Assembly: GCA_050012695.1 (NCBI GenBank)
Contig: JBEKGR010000008.1
Span: 11,092-75,091, forward strand
Source: Sedimentisphaerales bacterium
GTDB taxonomy: Bacteria; Planctomycetota; Phycisphaerae; Sedimentisphaerales; Anaerobacaceae
Direction of reading: 5' to 3'
DNA length: 64,000 nt
This document shows, piece by piece, positions 17,070-26,634 of the stretch. Position 1 is the stretch's first letter. Each line of letters begins with the position of its first letter. The translations under genes and the position numbers were made by a program. Under the pieces are notes generated by a model. That model ran no database searches. It saw only the letters and a list, made by a program, of their open reading frames with translations, and was not told the origin of the DNA.

Positions 17070-18362
17070 CTAAAACTTGAAAACCAAATCCGCCTGCAGC
17101 CGGCGATATTTATCGTTCGTGGTTATATTTTCATCGATGAAGTAGCTCAGGCCGGTCTGGAAATTCTTCGCTAATTGATAGGTGAAGTTAAACCAGTGTC
17201 CTCTTGCATTTGTGCCGCCGCCGTTGAAATCGGAATCGTTGAATTGGCCTAACACGGCATCGGACTGAACTTCACGATAGTTATAGCCGAGTTGCCAGGA
17301 GCCGGGGTCTTTGGCCTTGTTGAACGTGGTTCCGATAAGCCAGGCATTGTTATGTGAACCGGGCGCATCCGTGTTACGAGCAGCATCGCCATACACTGCG
17401 ACCGGATAATCCGCGATTTTAGTGCCATATTCCGCGAAACCTTCTACGATGTCATAACCGTATTTGTATTTCCCGGCAGAAGCGGTGTTGCCGAAGAAAC
17501 TGTTCTTGCCCCACAGCGAGCTGACGTTGGGTTCATCCTCGATATGCCCGTATGTGTAATAGCCCAGGCCGCCCAGCAGGTAACTTTTATTCTCAAACGT
17601 ATTCTTCAGATAACCCTGTATTGCCCACAGTGATGTAGAAGCCCCAACTGCGGTATCGGGATTATCGGGATGCCCAACCCAGAATCCGCCGCCGTTGATA
17701 TATGCCTTTAGCGAATCGTTAATCGGCATTTCGTATTTGACAGCCAGTCCCTCCGGATTCAAATCGTCATCCCAGATTAACTGGTTGTCGCCAACGCGGT
17801 AGAATGGCTTGTTCATTTTGCCGCCGATGAAGTCAAAACCCTTTATATCTTTAGGATGCCAGTCGAAGTATGCAAGGTCGAGCCATATCGCCTTCTTGCT
17901 GAAAGCATCCCCCTCGGTCTGGTTTGTCGAGACAGGGTCAGCCGAACCTCCGGCTAAACGGAATCCAAGGTCAACCTCGTCATTGACTTTATCGTAAAGT
18001 CCAATTCTCGCGCGAAGCCGATTTCGTTCTACACTGTTGCTGTTGCCCTTGCTCGACCATTTACTTTTGCTCTGTGAATCAATTCCCTCGTAGCGGTATC
18101 TCAAATCGCCGCTGATTTTCATGTTCTCCACCCACTTGATACTGTCCGGCAATTTTGCCTGTTTCTGCTCTACGGCCTTGTTGACCTCCTCGGCGACGAC
18201 CTTCTTCTGCTGCGATTCCATCTGGTCAAGCCTGGCTTGCAAATCAGCGATCTGCTTTTTCATATCGCTGATATCGTCCGCCTTGACGCTGCAGGCGAAA
18301 ACCAAACTTAGCAGCAGACAACCACAAATCATCCTTAATTTATTCATTACTCGTACCTCCAT
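17070..18362 (-). CDS. Outer-membrane porin, probably phosphate-selective (OprO/OprP-like)
   Basis: Has a signal peptide, an N-terminal coiled coil (DISDMKKQIADLQARLDQMESQQKK), beta-strand-rich alternating sequence and the C-terminal LVFKF. It sits between phoR and pstS behind its own Pho box. Confidence 0.6.
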   Translation of the reverse strand: MEVRVMNKLRMICGCLLLSLVFACSVKADDISDMKKQIADLQARLDQMESQQKKVVAEEVNKAVEQKQAKLPDSIKWVENMKISGDLRYRYEGIDSQSKSKWSSKGNSNSVERNRLRARIGLYDKVNDEVDLGFRLAGGSADPVSTNQTEGDAFSKKAIWLDLAYFDWHPKDIKGFDFIGGKMNKPFYRVGDNQLIWDDDLNPEGLAVKYEMPINDSLKAYINGGGFWVGHPDNPDTAVGASTSLWAIQGYLKNTFENKSYLLGGLGYYTYGHIEDEPNVSSLWGKNSFFGNTASAGKYKYGYDIVEGFAEYGTKIADYPVAVYGDAARNTDAPGSHNNAWLIGTTFNKAKDPGSWQLGYNYREVQSDAVLGQFNDSDFNGGGTNARGHWFNFTYQLAKNFQTGLSYFIDENITTNDKYRRLQADLVFKF

Positions 18363-18432
18363 AAAACACTTCTTTATTACCTGAACGCTGACCCGAGACC
18401 ACCCCGGATGGCGATGTACCCGTTGAGGTCGG

Positions 18433-18486
18433 ATTTTACGTGAGTTTCGCTAAAGGCCCGTTAAATTGATGTTAGAATTGCGTTAA
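18433..18486 (-). promoter_or_regulatory. Pho-box promoter of the porin gene
   Basis: The minus strand reads TTAACG-N5-CTAACA-N5-TTAACG-N5-TTAGCG. Plus-strand units sit at 18482, 18471, 18460 and 18449. Nine nt further on is TAAAAT (18438..18433). Confidence 0.65.
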
Positions 18487-18524
18487 TTAAGGGGGTTATT
18501 GGAGTAAGTTGAGAAAATGTTTAT

Positions 18525-20351
18525 CTAAATAGGCAGGTGAATAGTGAAGGTGCTGCCCTGGCCGGGAGAGCTTTCGACAGAAACTGAGCCGCCGTGAAGA
18601 TTGGTGATATGCTTGACGATGGCAAGGCCAAGGCCCGTCCCGCCGAGTTTTCTCGTGCGGGCCTTGTCAACAACGTAGAACCGCTCGAATAAGCGTGAAA
18701 GATGGCTCTCTTCTATGCCGCAGCCCGAATCCTTCACCGCGATTGTCGCTTCCTTGTCGTCTTTTCTGGCGCTTATCTGAATCGTGCTATCGGCAGGACT
18801 ATATTTAATAGCGTTATCAACGAGATTCAAAACCGCCTGCTCGAGCAAAGTCGGGTTTATCAACGCCTCCAAATCGTCATCGCAATCAATCTCGATTTTG
18901 ATTTTCTTATCGCCTGCCTTCGGGCCGGAAAGCTCAATTGCTGATTCCAGCACTGGTCTGACCGTCAAATGTTCCCTCGCAATCATCCTCTTCTGGCCGT
19001 CTTCTTCCAGGCGGGACAAGCTCAGCAAATCTTCTATAATCGCCATCAATCTGTCCGTATGGCCCGCTATAATTTTGAGAAATCGCTGTGCCTGCTCGGG
19101 TTCGTTAATGGCGCCGTCTAAGAGCGTCTCAACGAATCCTTTGATGGAAGTAATCGGCGTTCTCAGCTCGTGCGAAACGTTGGCCACAAAGTCGCGCCTG
19201 ATGTTTTCCAGCCGCTGCATTCTTGTCATATCGCTTAATACGATAACGGCTCCGTTTTTATTGCCCTGATGGTCGGTGAGGTACGTGCCCCTTGCCCGCA
19301 GCGAAACGGGCTGCTCTGCTCCGCCATCGGCGCTGCCGATGGCGAGACCTCGCTCGTCCCTAAGGGACGAGGCGGGCGCCATAACAATATCCTCTTCGGT
19401 TGGCGTAGAGGACATCAGGGTATATCGCATAAATCGCTGGATATCCACGTTCCTGATGACCTCTTCAATACTGTGTCCCGTGGCTGAGACGACATCTATC
19501 TCAAGAAGCATCGCCGCTTTTTTATTGATGCTCACGACTCGTCCGTCCGAATCCACGGCTATCACGCCCTCGGCCATACTGCTTAAAATCGCTTCAAGCT
19601 GATTCTTCTGGTTTGTTATGGTTTCGATTGTTCGCTTCAGGCGGTCAGCGGTTTCGTTAAGCGCACCGGCAAGCTCGGCTAATTCTTCAGAATCCGGCAC
19701 CGGCACCCTGTGGTCCAACTGCCCCGTGGCAAACCGCTTCGCGGCGTCTTTCATTTGTTCGATTGGCTTGGTTATCTTGCGGGATACAACCAAAGTTACG
19801 CCCGCCGCACAAACCGCCGCCCCGATAACGCCCCACGCGATTTTTGCGTAAATATCATTTAGCGCCTTGTCAACAGCGATAACCGAAAGCGACCCGCGAA
19901 CTACAGCTATTGTTTGCTCCTGTTCTTTGAGAGGCACAGCGATATACATCATATTTTTGCCAAGGGTGTCGCTGAATCGCACGCTCCTGCCTGTCCGCCC
20001 GTTCATCGCCTGCCTGAATTCAGGACGGTCCGCGTGATTTTCCATTTTGGCCGGCTGCTGGTCCGAATCACCTACAACCCGGCCGTCAGGCAGTATCATC
20101 GTAAGCCGAATCCCGGCGGTTTGACCAAGCAATTTGCACACTTGGTCAACTTCCTCGAAATTTTTCTGGTTCACAGCGGGTAAAATCTGCTGCCCTGCAA
20201 GCCGGGTCCTCGATTCGAGGTTTTGCGCAATCTCATCGTAATAAAACCAGCGGAACGAATAAGACGCATACCAGCTTAAAAGAACAAGCGATAAGATAGT
20301 AATTATCAGGTAGGGAAGATAAAGCTGCCAAAGCAGCCGCTTCTTTGCCAT
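18525..20351 (-). CDS. phoR: Sensor histidine kinase PhoR
   Basis: 608 aa with 2 TM flanking a periplasmic domain, then HAMP, PAS, HisKA (SHELRTPITSIKGFVETL) and HATPase (GGTGLGLAIVKH). It lies 3 nt downstream of phoB. Confidence 0.85.
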   Translation of the reverse strand: MAKKRLLWQLYLPYLIITILSLVLLSWYASYSFRWFYYDEIAQNLESRTRLAGQQILPAVNQKNFEEVDQVCKLLGQTAGIRLTMILPDGRVVGDSDQQPAKMENHADRPEFRQAMNGRTGRSVRFSDTLGKNMMYIAVPLKEQEQTIAVVRGSLSVIAVDKALNDIYAKIAWGVIGAAVCAAGVTLVVSRKITKPIEQMKDAAKRFATGQLDHRVPVPDSEELAELAGALNETADRLKRTIETITNQKNQLEAILSSMAEGVIAVDSDGRVVSINKKAAMLLEIDVVSATGHSIEEVIRNVDIQRFMRYTLMSSTPTEEDIVMAPASSLRDERGLAIGSADGGAEQPVSLRARGTYLTDHQGNKNGAVIVLSDMTRMQRLENIRRDFVANVSHELRTPITSIKGFVETLLDGAINEPEQAQRFLKIIAGHTDRLMAIIEDLLSLSRLEEDGQKRMIAREHLTVRPVLESAIELSGPKAGDKKIKIEIDCDDDLEALINPTLLEQAVLNLVDNAIKYSPADSTIQISARKDDKEATIAVKDSGCGIEESHLSRLFERFYVVDKARTRKLGGTGLGLAIVKHITNLHGGSVSVESSPGQGSTFTIHLPI

Positions 20352-20354
20352 CCA

Positions 20355-21038
20355 TTAGTCCTTGAAACGATAGCCCACGCCTCTTACGGTCTCAATGTAT
20401 TTTCCGAACTGGCCGAGCTTGCGCCGCAGCGACACAATCTGCACATCCACGGCCCGGTCGGTCACAACATAATTGCTGCCGCGAATCGCGTCAACTATAT
20501 TGTATCTGCTTAGCACCAGTCCTGGTCTCTTCGCAAGCGTGTAAAGAATCATAAACTCCGTAAAGGTCAGTTCAACCGGCTTGTTTTTGAGTTTCACCTC
20601 GTATCGGGCGGGGTCTATTGTTAAATCGTGAATCTTGACGGGCGTATTTTCCTGCTTTGCTGCTGTGGCCCTGTATAGAATCCGCCGAACCCTGGCGATA
20701 AGAACCTTTGGGCTAAACGGCTTTGTTACATAATCATCCGCGCCGACCTCCAAGCCGGAGACAACATCGGACTCCTCACCTTTGGCAGTCAGCATTATTA
20801 TAGGTATTGAGCTGGTTTTCGAATCGGCCTTAAGCTGCCTGCAAACTTCGATGCCGTCTATCCCCGGCAGCATACGGTCAAGCAGTATGGCGCTGGGCGG
20901 GTTGGCCTTCGCCTTTTTCACCGCCTCTTCGCCGGTAACAGCCGTTTCAACTTTGAATCCTTCTTTGTTGAAGTTGTAACGCACCAGTTCCAGCACATCT
21001 TCTTCGTCATCTACAGCGAGTATGCTTCCTCTAACCAC
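20355..21038 (-). CDS. phoB: OmpR-family response regulator PhoB
   Basis: Receiver domain (DDEEDVLELV ... LDRMLPGIDG ... MLTAKG) plus a winged-helix domain (IETVRGVGYRF). Confidence 0.85.
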   Translation of the reverse strand: MVRGSILAVDDEEDVLELVRYNFNKEGFKVETAVTGEEAVKKAKANPPSAILLDRMLPGIDGIEVCRQLKADSKTSSIPIIMLTAKGEESDVVSGLEVGADDYVTKPFSPKVLIARVRRILYRATAAKQENTPVKIHDLTIDPARYEVKLKNKPVELTFTEFMILYTLAKRPGLVLSRYNIVDAIRGSNYVVTDRAVDVQIVSLRRKLGQFGKYIETVRGVGYRFKD

Positions 21039-21067
21039 TTGTATCCCTTTCCCTATGTTTCTTGGAT

Positions 21068-21121
21068 AGTATCCACTGTCTATGTTAGCAAATGATTAGT
21101 TTAATGTAAAAACTTTGTTAA
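21068..21121 (-). promoter_or_regulatory. Pho-box promoter of phoBR (autoregulation)
   Basis: The minus strand reads TTAACA-N5-TTTACA-N5-CTAATC-N5-CTAACA. Plus-strand units sit at 21117, 21106, 21095 and 21084. Nine nt further on is GATACT (21073..21068). Confidence 0.65.
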
Positions 21122-21418
21122 ACCAAAATTCCGGGAAGGTATGACATTATGTTACTTTACTGAAAAACACAAAAGCAGCACGTATAATTAAACAGGTTTG
21201 ATTGCAATCACTACTATTGTTCTTCGTTAGCAGCTATAGCATCGGTTGAGGGATTTGGTCAAGCATTGTCAACGGTGTCAAAAAAGTGTCAGTCGCCAGT
21301 GGTTTACCACTGTAAGTTCACTTGTAAACGAGTAGTTAACCACTTGTAATCCTCGTTTTTAGCCCAAAAACGAGATGCAACCCATTGTTAACACTATACT
21401 TACAACCACCATTTTGGG

Positions 21419-21457
21419 TTAGAAATCCGTTGCTCTATCCAGCTGAGCTACGGGCGC
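21419..21457 (-). pseudogene. Truncated tRNA-Arg(TCT) copy: positions 1-38 only (acceptor 5' strand, D-arm, anticodon stem 5' strand and loop)
   Basis: Identical to 4188..4226. No matching 3' half (no ggattcgaacc on the plus strand) occurs anywhere in 21039..21418. Confidence 0.9.
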
Positions 21458-21538
21458 TAAATTTTTAAGTGGTGGTAGTATAACAACTTCTATCTTGCTT
21501 TGCCAATATCTGAAATGTCTTAGAGAGTTAAAAAGTGT
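21419..21538. repeat. Direct repeat copy B (120 bp), including a second intact copy of the tRNA promoter (-10 at 21477..21482, -35 at 21501..21506)
   Basis: 119/120 identical to 4188..4307, offset by 17231 bp. Confidence 0.95.
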
Positions 21539-21753
21539 TTGACTTCGTCAATGACTAAGTACGTGCTTTTTTCCCCCGAAACTTCAAGTAATGTTTGGGA
21601 GAAATCCCGGGTAATTCTTCCCTTTTGCTTCTTGGTCAGTTTGCCGACCAGCTTCAGGTTAATGAACGATTATCTTGTTTAGCTTAACCAGCAGAATGTA
21701 CCCGATGGCCTCAAGGCCAATGCTGCTTAATTGCTCTCTCGCTTTCTCCGTAA

Positions 21754-22689
21754 TCATGTTTGTACTTCCTGGAACAGCCATGTGGAAAGGTATCGCTCGC
21801 CAGTATCGGGCAGAACAACAACGATTGTCTTTCCGGCACTTTCCGGTCGTTTCGCCACTTCCAGGGCCGCCCATAAAGCAGCTCCGCTTGAGATACCGCC
21901 GAGAATACCTTCCAGCTTCGCCAATCGTCTGGCAGTAGAGCCCGCGTCTGCGTCTTTTACTTTTATAATCTCGTCGATTATATCCCTGTTCAAAACCTGC
22001 GGCACAAAGCCAGCGCCGATACCCTGAATTTTGTGCGGGCCGGGTTTTCCTCCGGACAGCACCGGCGAGGATTCTGGTTCGACAGCAATCGCCTTGAATG
22101 TCTTTTTGCGTTGCTTGATTACCTCAGCTACGCCTGTGATAGTTCCGCCTGTCCCGACACCGGCCACGACGATATCCACCTTGCCGTCGGTATCGTTCCA
22201 GATTTCTTCAGCCGTCGTCCTGCGATGAATTTCAGGATTGGCAGGATTGTTGAACTGCTGCAGAATTATGCTGTTCGGCGTCGTTTTGGCAAGCTCTTCC
22301 GATTTTTCGACTGCGCCTTTCATTCCCTTCGGGCCTTCGGTAAGCACCAATTCCGCGCCGAAGATTTTGAATAACTGCCTCCTTTCGACGCTCATTGTTT
22401 CGGGCATCGTCAGTATCAGATGGTATCCCTTTGCCGCTGCAACAAACGCCAGCGCAATACCGGTATTGCCGCTCGTCGGCTCGATAATCACTGAGTCCTT
22501 GCCAAGCAGACCTCTTCTCTCGGCATCTTCAATCATCGATATCCCGATGCGGTCCTTTACGCTCGAAAGAGGATTGAACGATTCTATCTTAGCCAATACC
22601 GTGGCAGCGGTACCTTCCGTAATTCTGTTTAGTTGCACCAAAGGCGTGTTGCCTATGGTCCTGGTTATATCTTTAAATATCCTGCTCAT
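21754..22689 (-). CDS. cysK: Cysteine synthase A (O-acetylserine sulfhydrylase)
   Basis: [18 protein letters not shown], the PLP lysine in [15 protein letters not shown] and [18 protein letters not shown] precedes the ATG at 22689; the tracked ORF begins at an upstream GTG. Confidence 0.9.
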   Translation of the reverse strand: MSRIFKDITRTIGNTPLVQLNRITEGTAATVLAKIESFNPLSSVKDRIGISMIEDAERRGLLGKDSVIIEPTSGNTGIALAFVAAAKGYHLILTMPETMSVERRQLFKIFGAELVLTEGPKGMKGAVEKSEELAKTTPNSIILQQFNNPANPEIHRRTTAEEIWNDTDGKVDIVVAGVGTGGTITGVAEVIKQRKKTFKAIAVEPESSPVLSGGKPGPHKIQGIGAGFVPQVLNRDIIDEIIKVKDADAGSTARRLAKLEGILGGISSGAALWAALEVAKRPESAGKTIVVVLPDTGERYLSTWLFQEVQT

Positions 22690-22710
22690 TTTATTTCTCC
22701 TCACTTATGT

Positions 22711-24857
<2,147 letters not shown>

Positions 24858-24992
24858 CTGAAAATCTCCTTACTGTCTGGCAGGGGTTTCCAGATGACTG
24901 GTTGTTCCCGCGGGCAATTAATATTTTTTATTCAAACGTTATACTACTTCAGTCAACACGGCCTGACCGCTTGACCCAAAACACCGCTTATG

Positions 24993-25187
24993 CTAAATGC
25001 CACCCCCTTTCTCAACTAAGCCGCCGTCATCATAACGTCTCTTATGAGTTATCTCAATTTGTGTTATTTTTGAGTTGTGCACCTTTATCGTTACCGTTCC
25101 ATAATCAAGACCTACAATCGCATTCCGAATATCTGTAATGATGGCGTCGTTTGCCGCATTTTCATTACCATTTTTTCTTTCGCTCAT
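24993..25187 (-). CDS. yezD: YezD-family small protein (DUF2292)
   Basis: 64 aa. YGTVTIKVHNSKITQIEITHKRR matches the GsVtI.vqdgkv.qie...K motif. This family is typically linked to sulfur-assimilation genes. Confidence 0.6.
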   Translation of the reverse strand: MSERKNGNENAANDAIITDIRNAIVGLDYGTVTIKVHNSKITQIEITHKRRYDDGGLVEKGGGI

Positions 25188-25219
25188 ATATAAGTTCTTT
25201 CTTACCTGAACTCACCTAT

Positions 25220-25237
25220 TTCCCACTATTCCCACTA
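25220..25237. repeat. Tandem 9-bp duplication TTCCCACTA x2 in the yezD leader
   Basis: Read directly: TTCCCACTA at 25220..25228 and at 25229..25237. On the transcribed strand this is TAGTGGGAATAGTGGGAA. Confidence 0.8.
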
Positions 25238-25238
25238 A

Positions 25239-25276
25239 TATGGTAGCAATTATACCATACTCAAGGCCATTGTCAA
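25239..25276 (-). promoter_or_regulatory. Near-consensus sigma-70-type promoter of the yezD-OMP-metY-cysK operon, with an overlapping palindromic operator
   Basis: The minus strand reads TTGACA(25276..25271)-16 nt-TGgTATAAT(-10 at 25254..25249). The inverted repeat TATGGTA(25239..25245)-N7-TACCATA(25253..25259) straddles the -10 and the start site. Confidence 0.6.
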
Positions 25277-25373
25277 ACACTTTTTTTAAATTTTTTGCAA
25301 ATTTTTTAGTAACTAAGGTCGATTGGCTTGCATAATACACTACTATTGTAGTAGGAATAATAAGATATAACTC

Positions 25374-25666
25374 ATGAAATTATCGACTCGAACAAGATAT
25401 GCGATGCCTGCAATATTGGAACTGGCGGACCATTTTGGCAAAGGGCCTCTCCAGACCAAGGTGACTGCTAAGCACCAGGATATTTCGGTTAAATATCTCG
25501 AGTAACTGATGGTGATACTAAAATCGGCGGGCCTTATAAGGGGGGATATATTTTGGTTCAACCGCCGGAAATGATTAAGCTCAGTGAGATATTCGATGTT
25601 CTTGAAGGGCCGGTCATAACCGTTGAGTGCATGATGAACGAAAGCTCTTGCGCACGGGCCGACTAA
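25374..25666 (+). pseudogene. Rrf2-family (IscR/CymR-like) transcriptional regulator, disrupted
   Basis: Translation gives MKLSTRTRYAMPAILELADHFGKGPLQTKVTAKHQDISVKYLE, then an in-frame TAA at 25503 where family members have Q. Next comes LMVILKSAGLI. A frame change at the G-run aagggggga then continues as KGGYILVQPPEMIKLSEIFDVLEGPVITVECMMNESSCARAD*. Confidence 0.7.
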
Positions 25667-25728
25667 TTTCAACAAAATAAGCCGCTTAGAAGAATAAATC
25701 TATGCTGCTTTTTCAACAGCTTGTCTGT

Positions 25729-26127
25729 TCATCGCATTCGTAACAGTTCCGCACCATCAATGGCAAGTTTCTTAACAGAACTGAGTCGTTGTCTGGCTTT
25801 ACTACAGGATGTTTTTATTTCGACTTGCGATTTGCCCTTTTCTCCGACTAACAGCTTGACATTCAAGGCCGCTTTTTTAATCCCCATATCCGCAGTATCC
25901 AATTCAACAGTAGCGGCTGTGGTCATTAAGGTATTAGAATTCTTCTTCGCCCAAGCCAACCCGCTCGCGGTAAGATTCTGCTGGCACGCCTCAAGGTACG
26001 CCCGGTCGGCCTGAAAAATAAATGTATTCGCATCGGAGGCCAAAACAATCATATACATCCCAATCAGTGCGAGGATAGAAATGACAATCAGCATGACAAA
26101 ACCGTTATTTCTCGCTTTGAGATTCAT
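25729..26127 (-). CDS. Minor pseudopilin-like protein (GspK-like N-terminus without Glu+5)
   Basis: ARNNG/FVMLIVISILALIGMYMIV forms a hydrophobic N-terminal helix. It is the last gene of the T2SS-like operon and overlaps the previous gene by 4 nt. Confidence 0.5.
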   Translation of the reverse strand: MNLKARNNGFVMLIVISILALIGMYMIVLASDANTFIFQADRAYLEACQQNLTASGLAWAKKNSNTLMTTAATVELDTADMGIKKAALNVKLLVGEKGKSQVEIKTSCSKARQRLSSVKKLAIDGAELLRMR

Positions 26128-26633
26128 TCAGCCGCTCCCCATAACGCACCTGCAAAAAATAAATTACTATTGGCCATCTTTTTTCTTATCTGACCGAAGT
26201 TTTTGTCCTCGATGCAGGTTCTTACCTCGACCGCATAACCCGCCGTGCCTTTGCTCCATACCTGCCATTCAATCCAGCCGTGAGGGACCAACCAAACCAT
26301 ATCGCCTGCCGTTACGCCTGTTGTGCCTCTGGTAAAACTGCGAAGAATCCGGCCATTACTGAACTTATAAGAAATCACACCATTCGGCATTTTCATCAAC
26401 AGCGTATTAGGTTCGTCAGGGCCATTGACGGATTCCGACAAAGTTTTTGCTGAAACGACATCAGCCCGTATATGACTTACCACATTGTTAAGAGTGATGT
26501 TTTCCTGAATAAGCCGGGAATCCCTCGGCAAATCAAATGCGAATGTCCCCCAAAAACGATCAAAAATCCCACCGACCATTGCCATAACAGCCAGGACTAC
26601 CAATATTTCGACAAGTAAATAACCCTTGCGCAT
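26124..26633 (-). CDS. Pseudopilin-like protein with a prepilin-type N-terminus
   Basis: MRKG/YLLVEILVVLAVMAMVGG has Glu at +5. The start was set to ATG 26633, directly after the upstream stop; the tracked ORF extends to 26729 by overlap. Confidence 0.55.
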   Translation of the reverse strand: MRKGYLLVEILVVLAVMAMVGGIFDRFWGTFAFDLPRDSRLIQENITLNNVVSHIRADVVSAKTLSESVNGPDEPNTLLMKMPNGVISYKFSNGRILRSFTRGTTGVTAGDMVWLVPHGWIEWQVWSKGTAGYAVEVRTCIEDKNFGQIRKKMANSNLFFAGALWGAAE

Positions 26634-26634
26634 C

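Noticed and set aside
21267-21291. TGTCA x3 (GTGTCAAAAAAGTGTCAG) resembling the E. coli CTGTCAT-N4-CTGTCAT Pho box upstream of phoB
   Set aside because: The spacing is 9 then 11 bp, not uniformly phased. On the phoB-coding strand these read TTGACA, that is -35-like hexamers. The TTAACA-type arrays found six times with a fixed -10 distance are a far better Pho-box candidate for this genome.
4308-21418. Search for an integrase, excisionase, transposase or other mobility gene inside the repeat-bounded segment
   Set aside because: Every ORF of reasonable size is accounted for by Pho, arsC, CheW-like, DUF1559 or membrane-protein calls, so none is a candidate recombinase. The segment therefore cannot be called a mobile element on present evidence.
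21039-21457. Idea that the tRNA-Arg 5' half at 21419..21457 is exon 1 of an intron-containing (group I) or split tRNA
   Set aside because: No 3' half was found: no T-arm ggattcgaacc on the plus strand and no acceptor 3' strand anywhere between the fragment and phoB. The 380-bp spacer showed no recognisable group I core.
21530-21543. 14-mer AAAAAGTGTTTGAC at the outer junction of repeat B, also present on the minus strand at 25272..25285 (the UP/-35 region of the sulfur-operon promoter)
   Set aside because: By rough estimate, on the order of ten exact 14-mer matches are expected by chance in 64 kb on both strands. No extended similarity surrounds the match.
25343-25675. Tracked 110-aa minus-strand ORF
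   Set aside because: It has no recognisable motif and lies exactly antisense to a clearly Rrf2-like plus-strand reading frame. It is treated as an artefact of the pseudogene.
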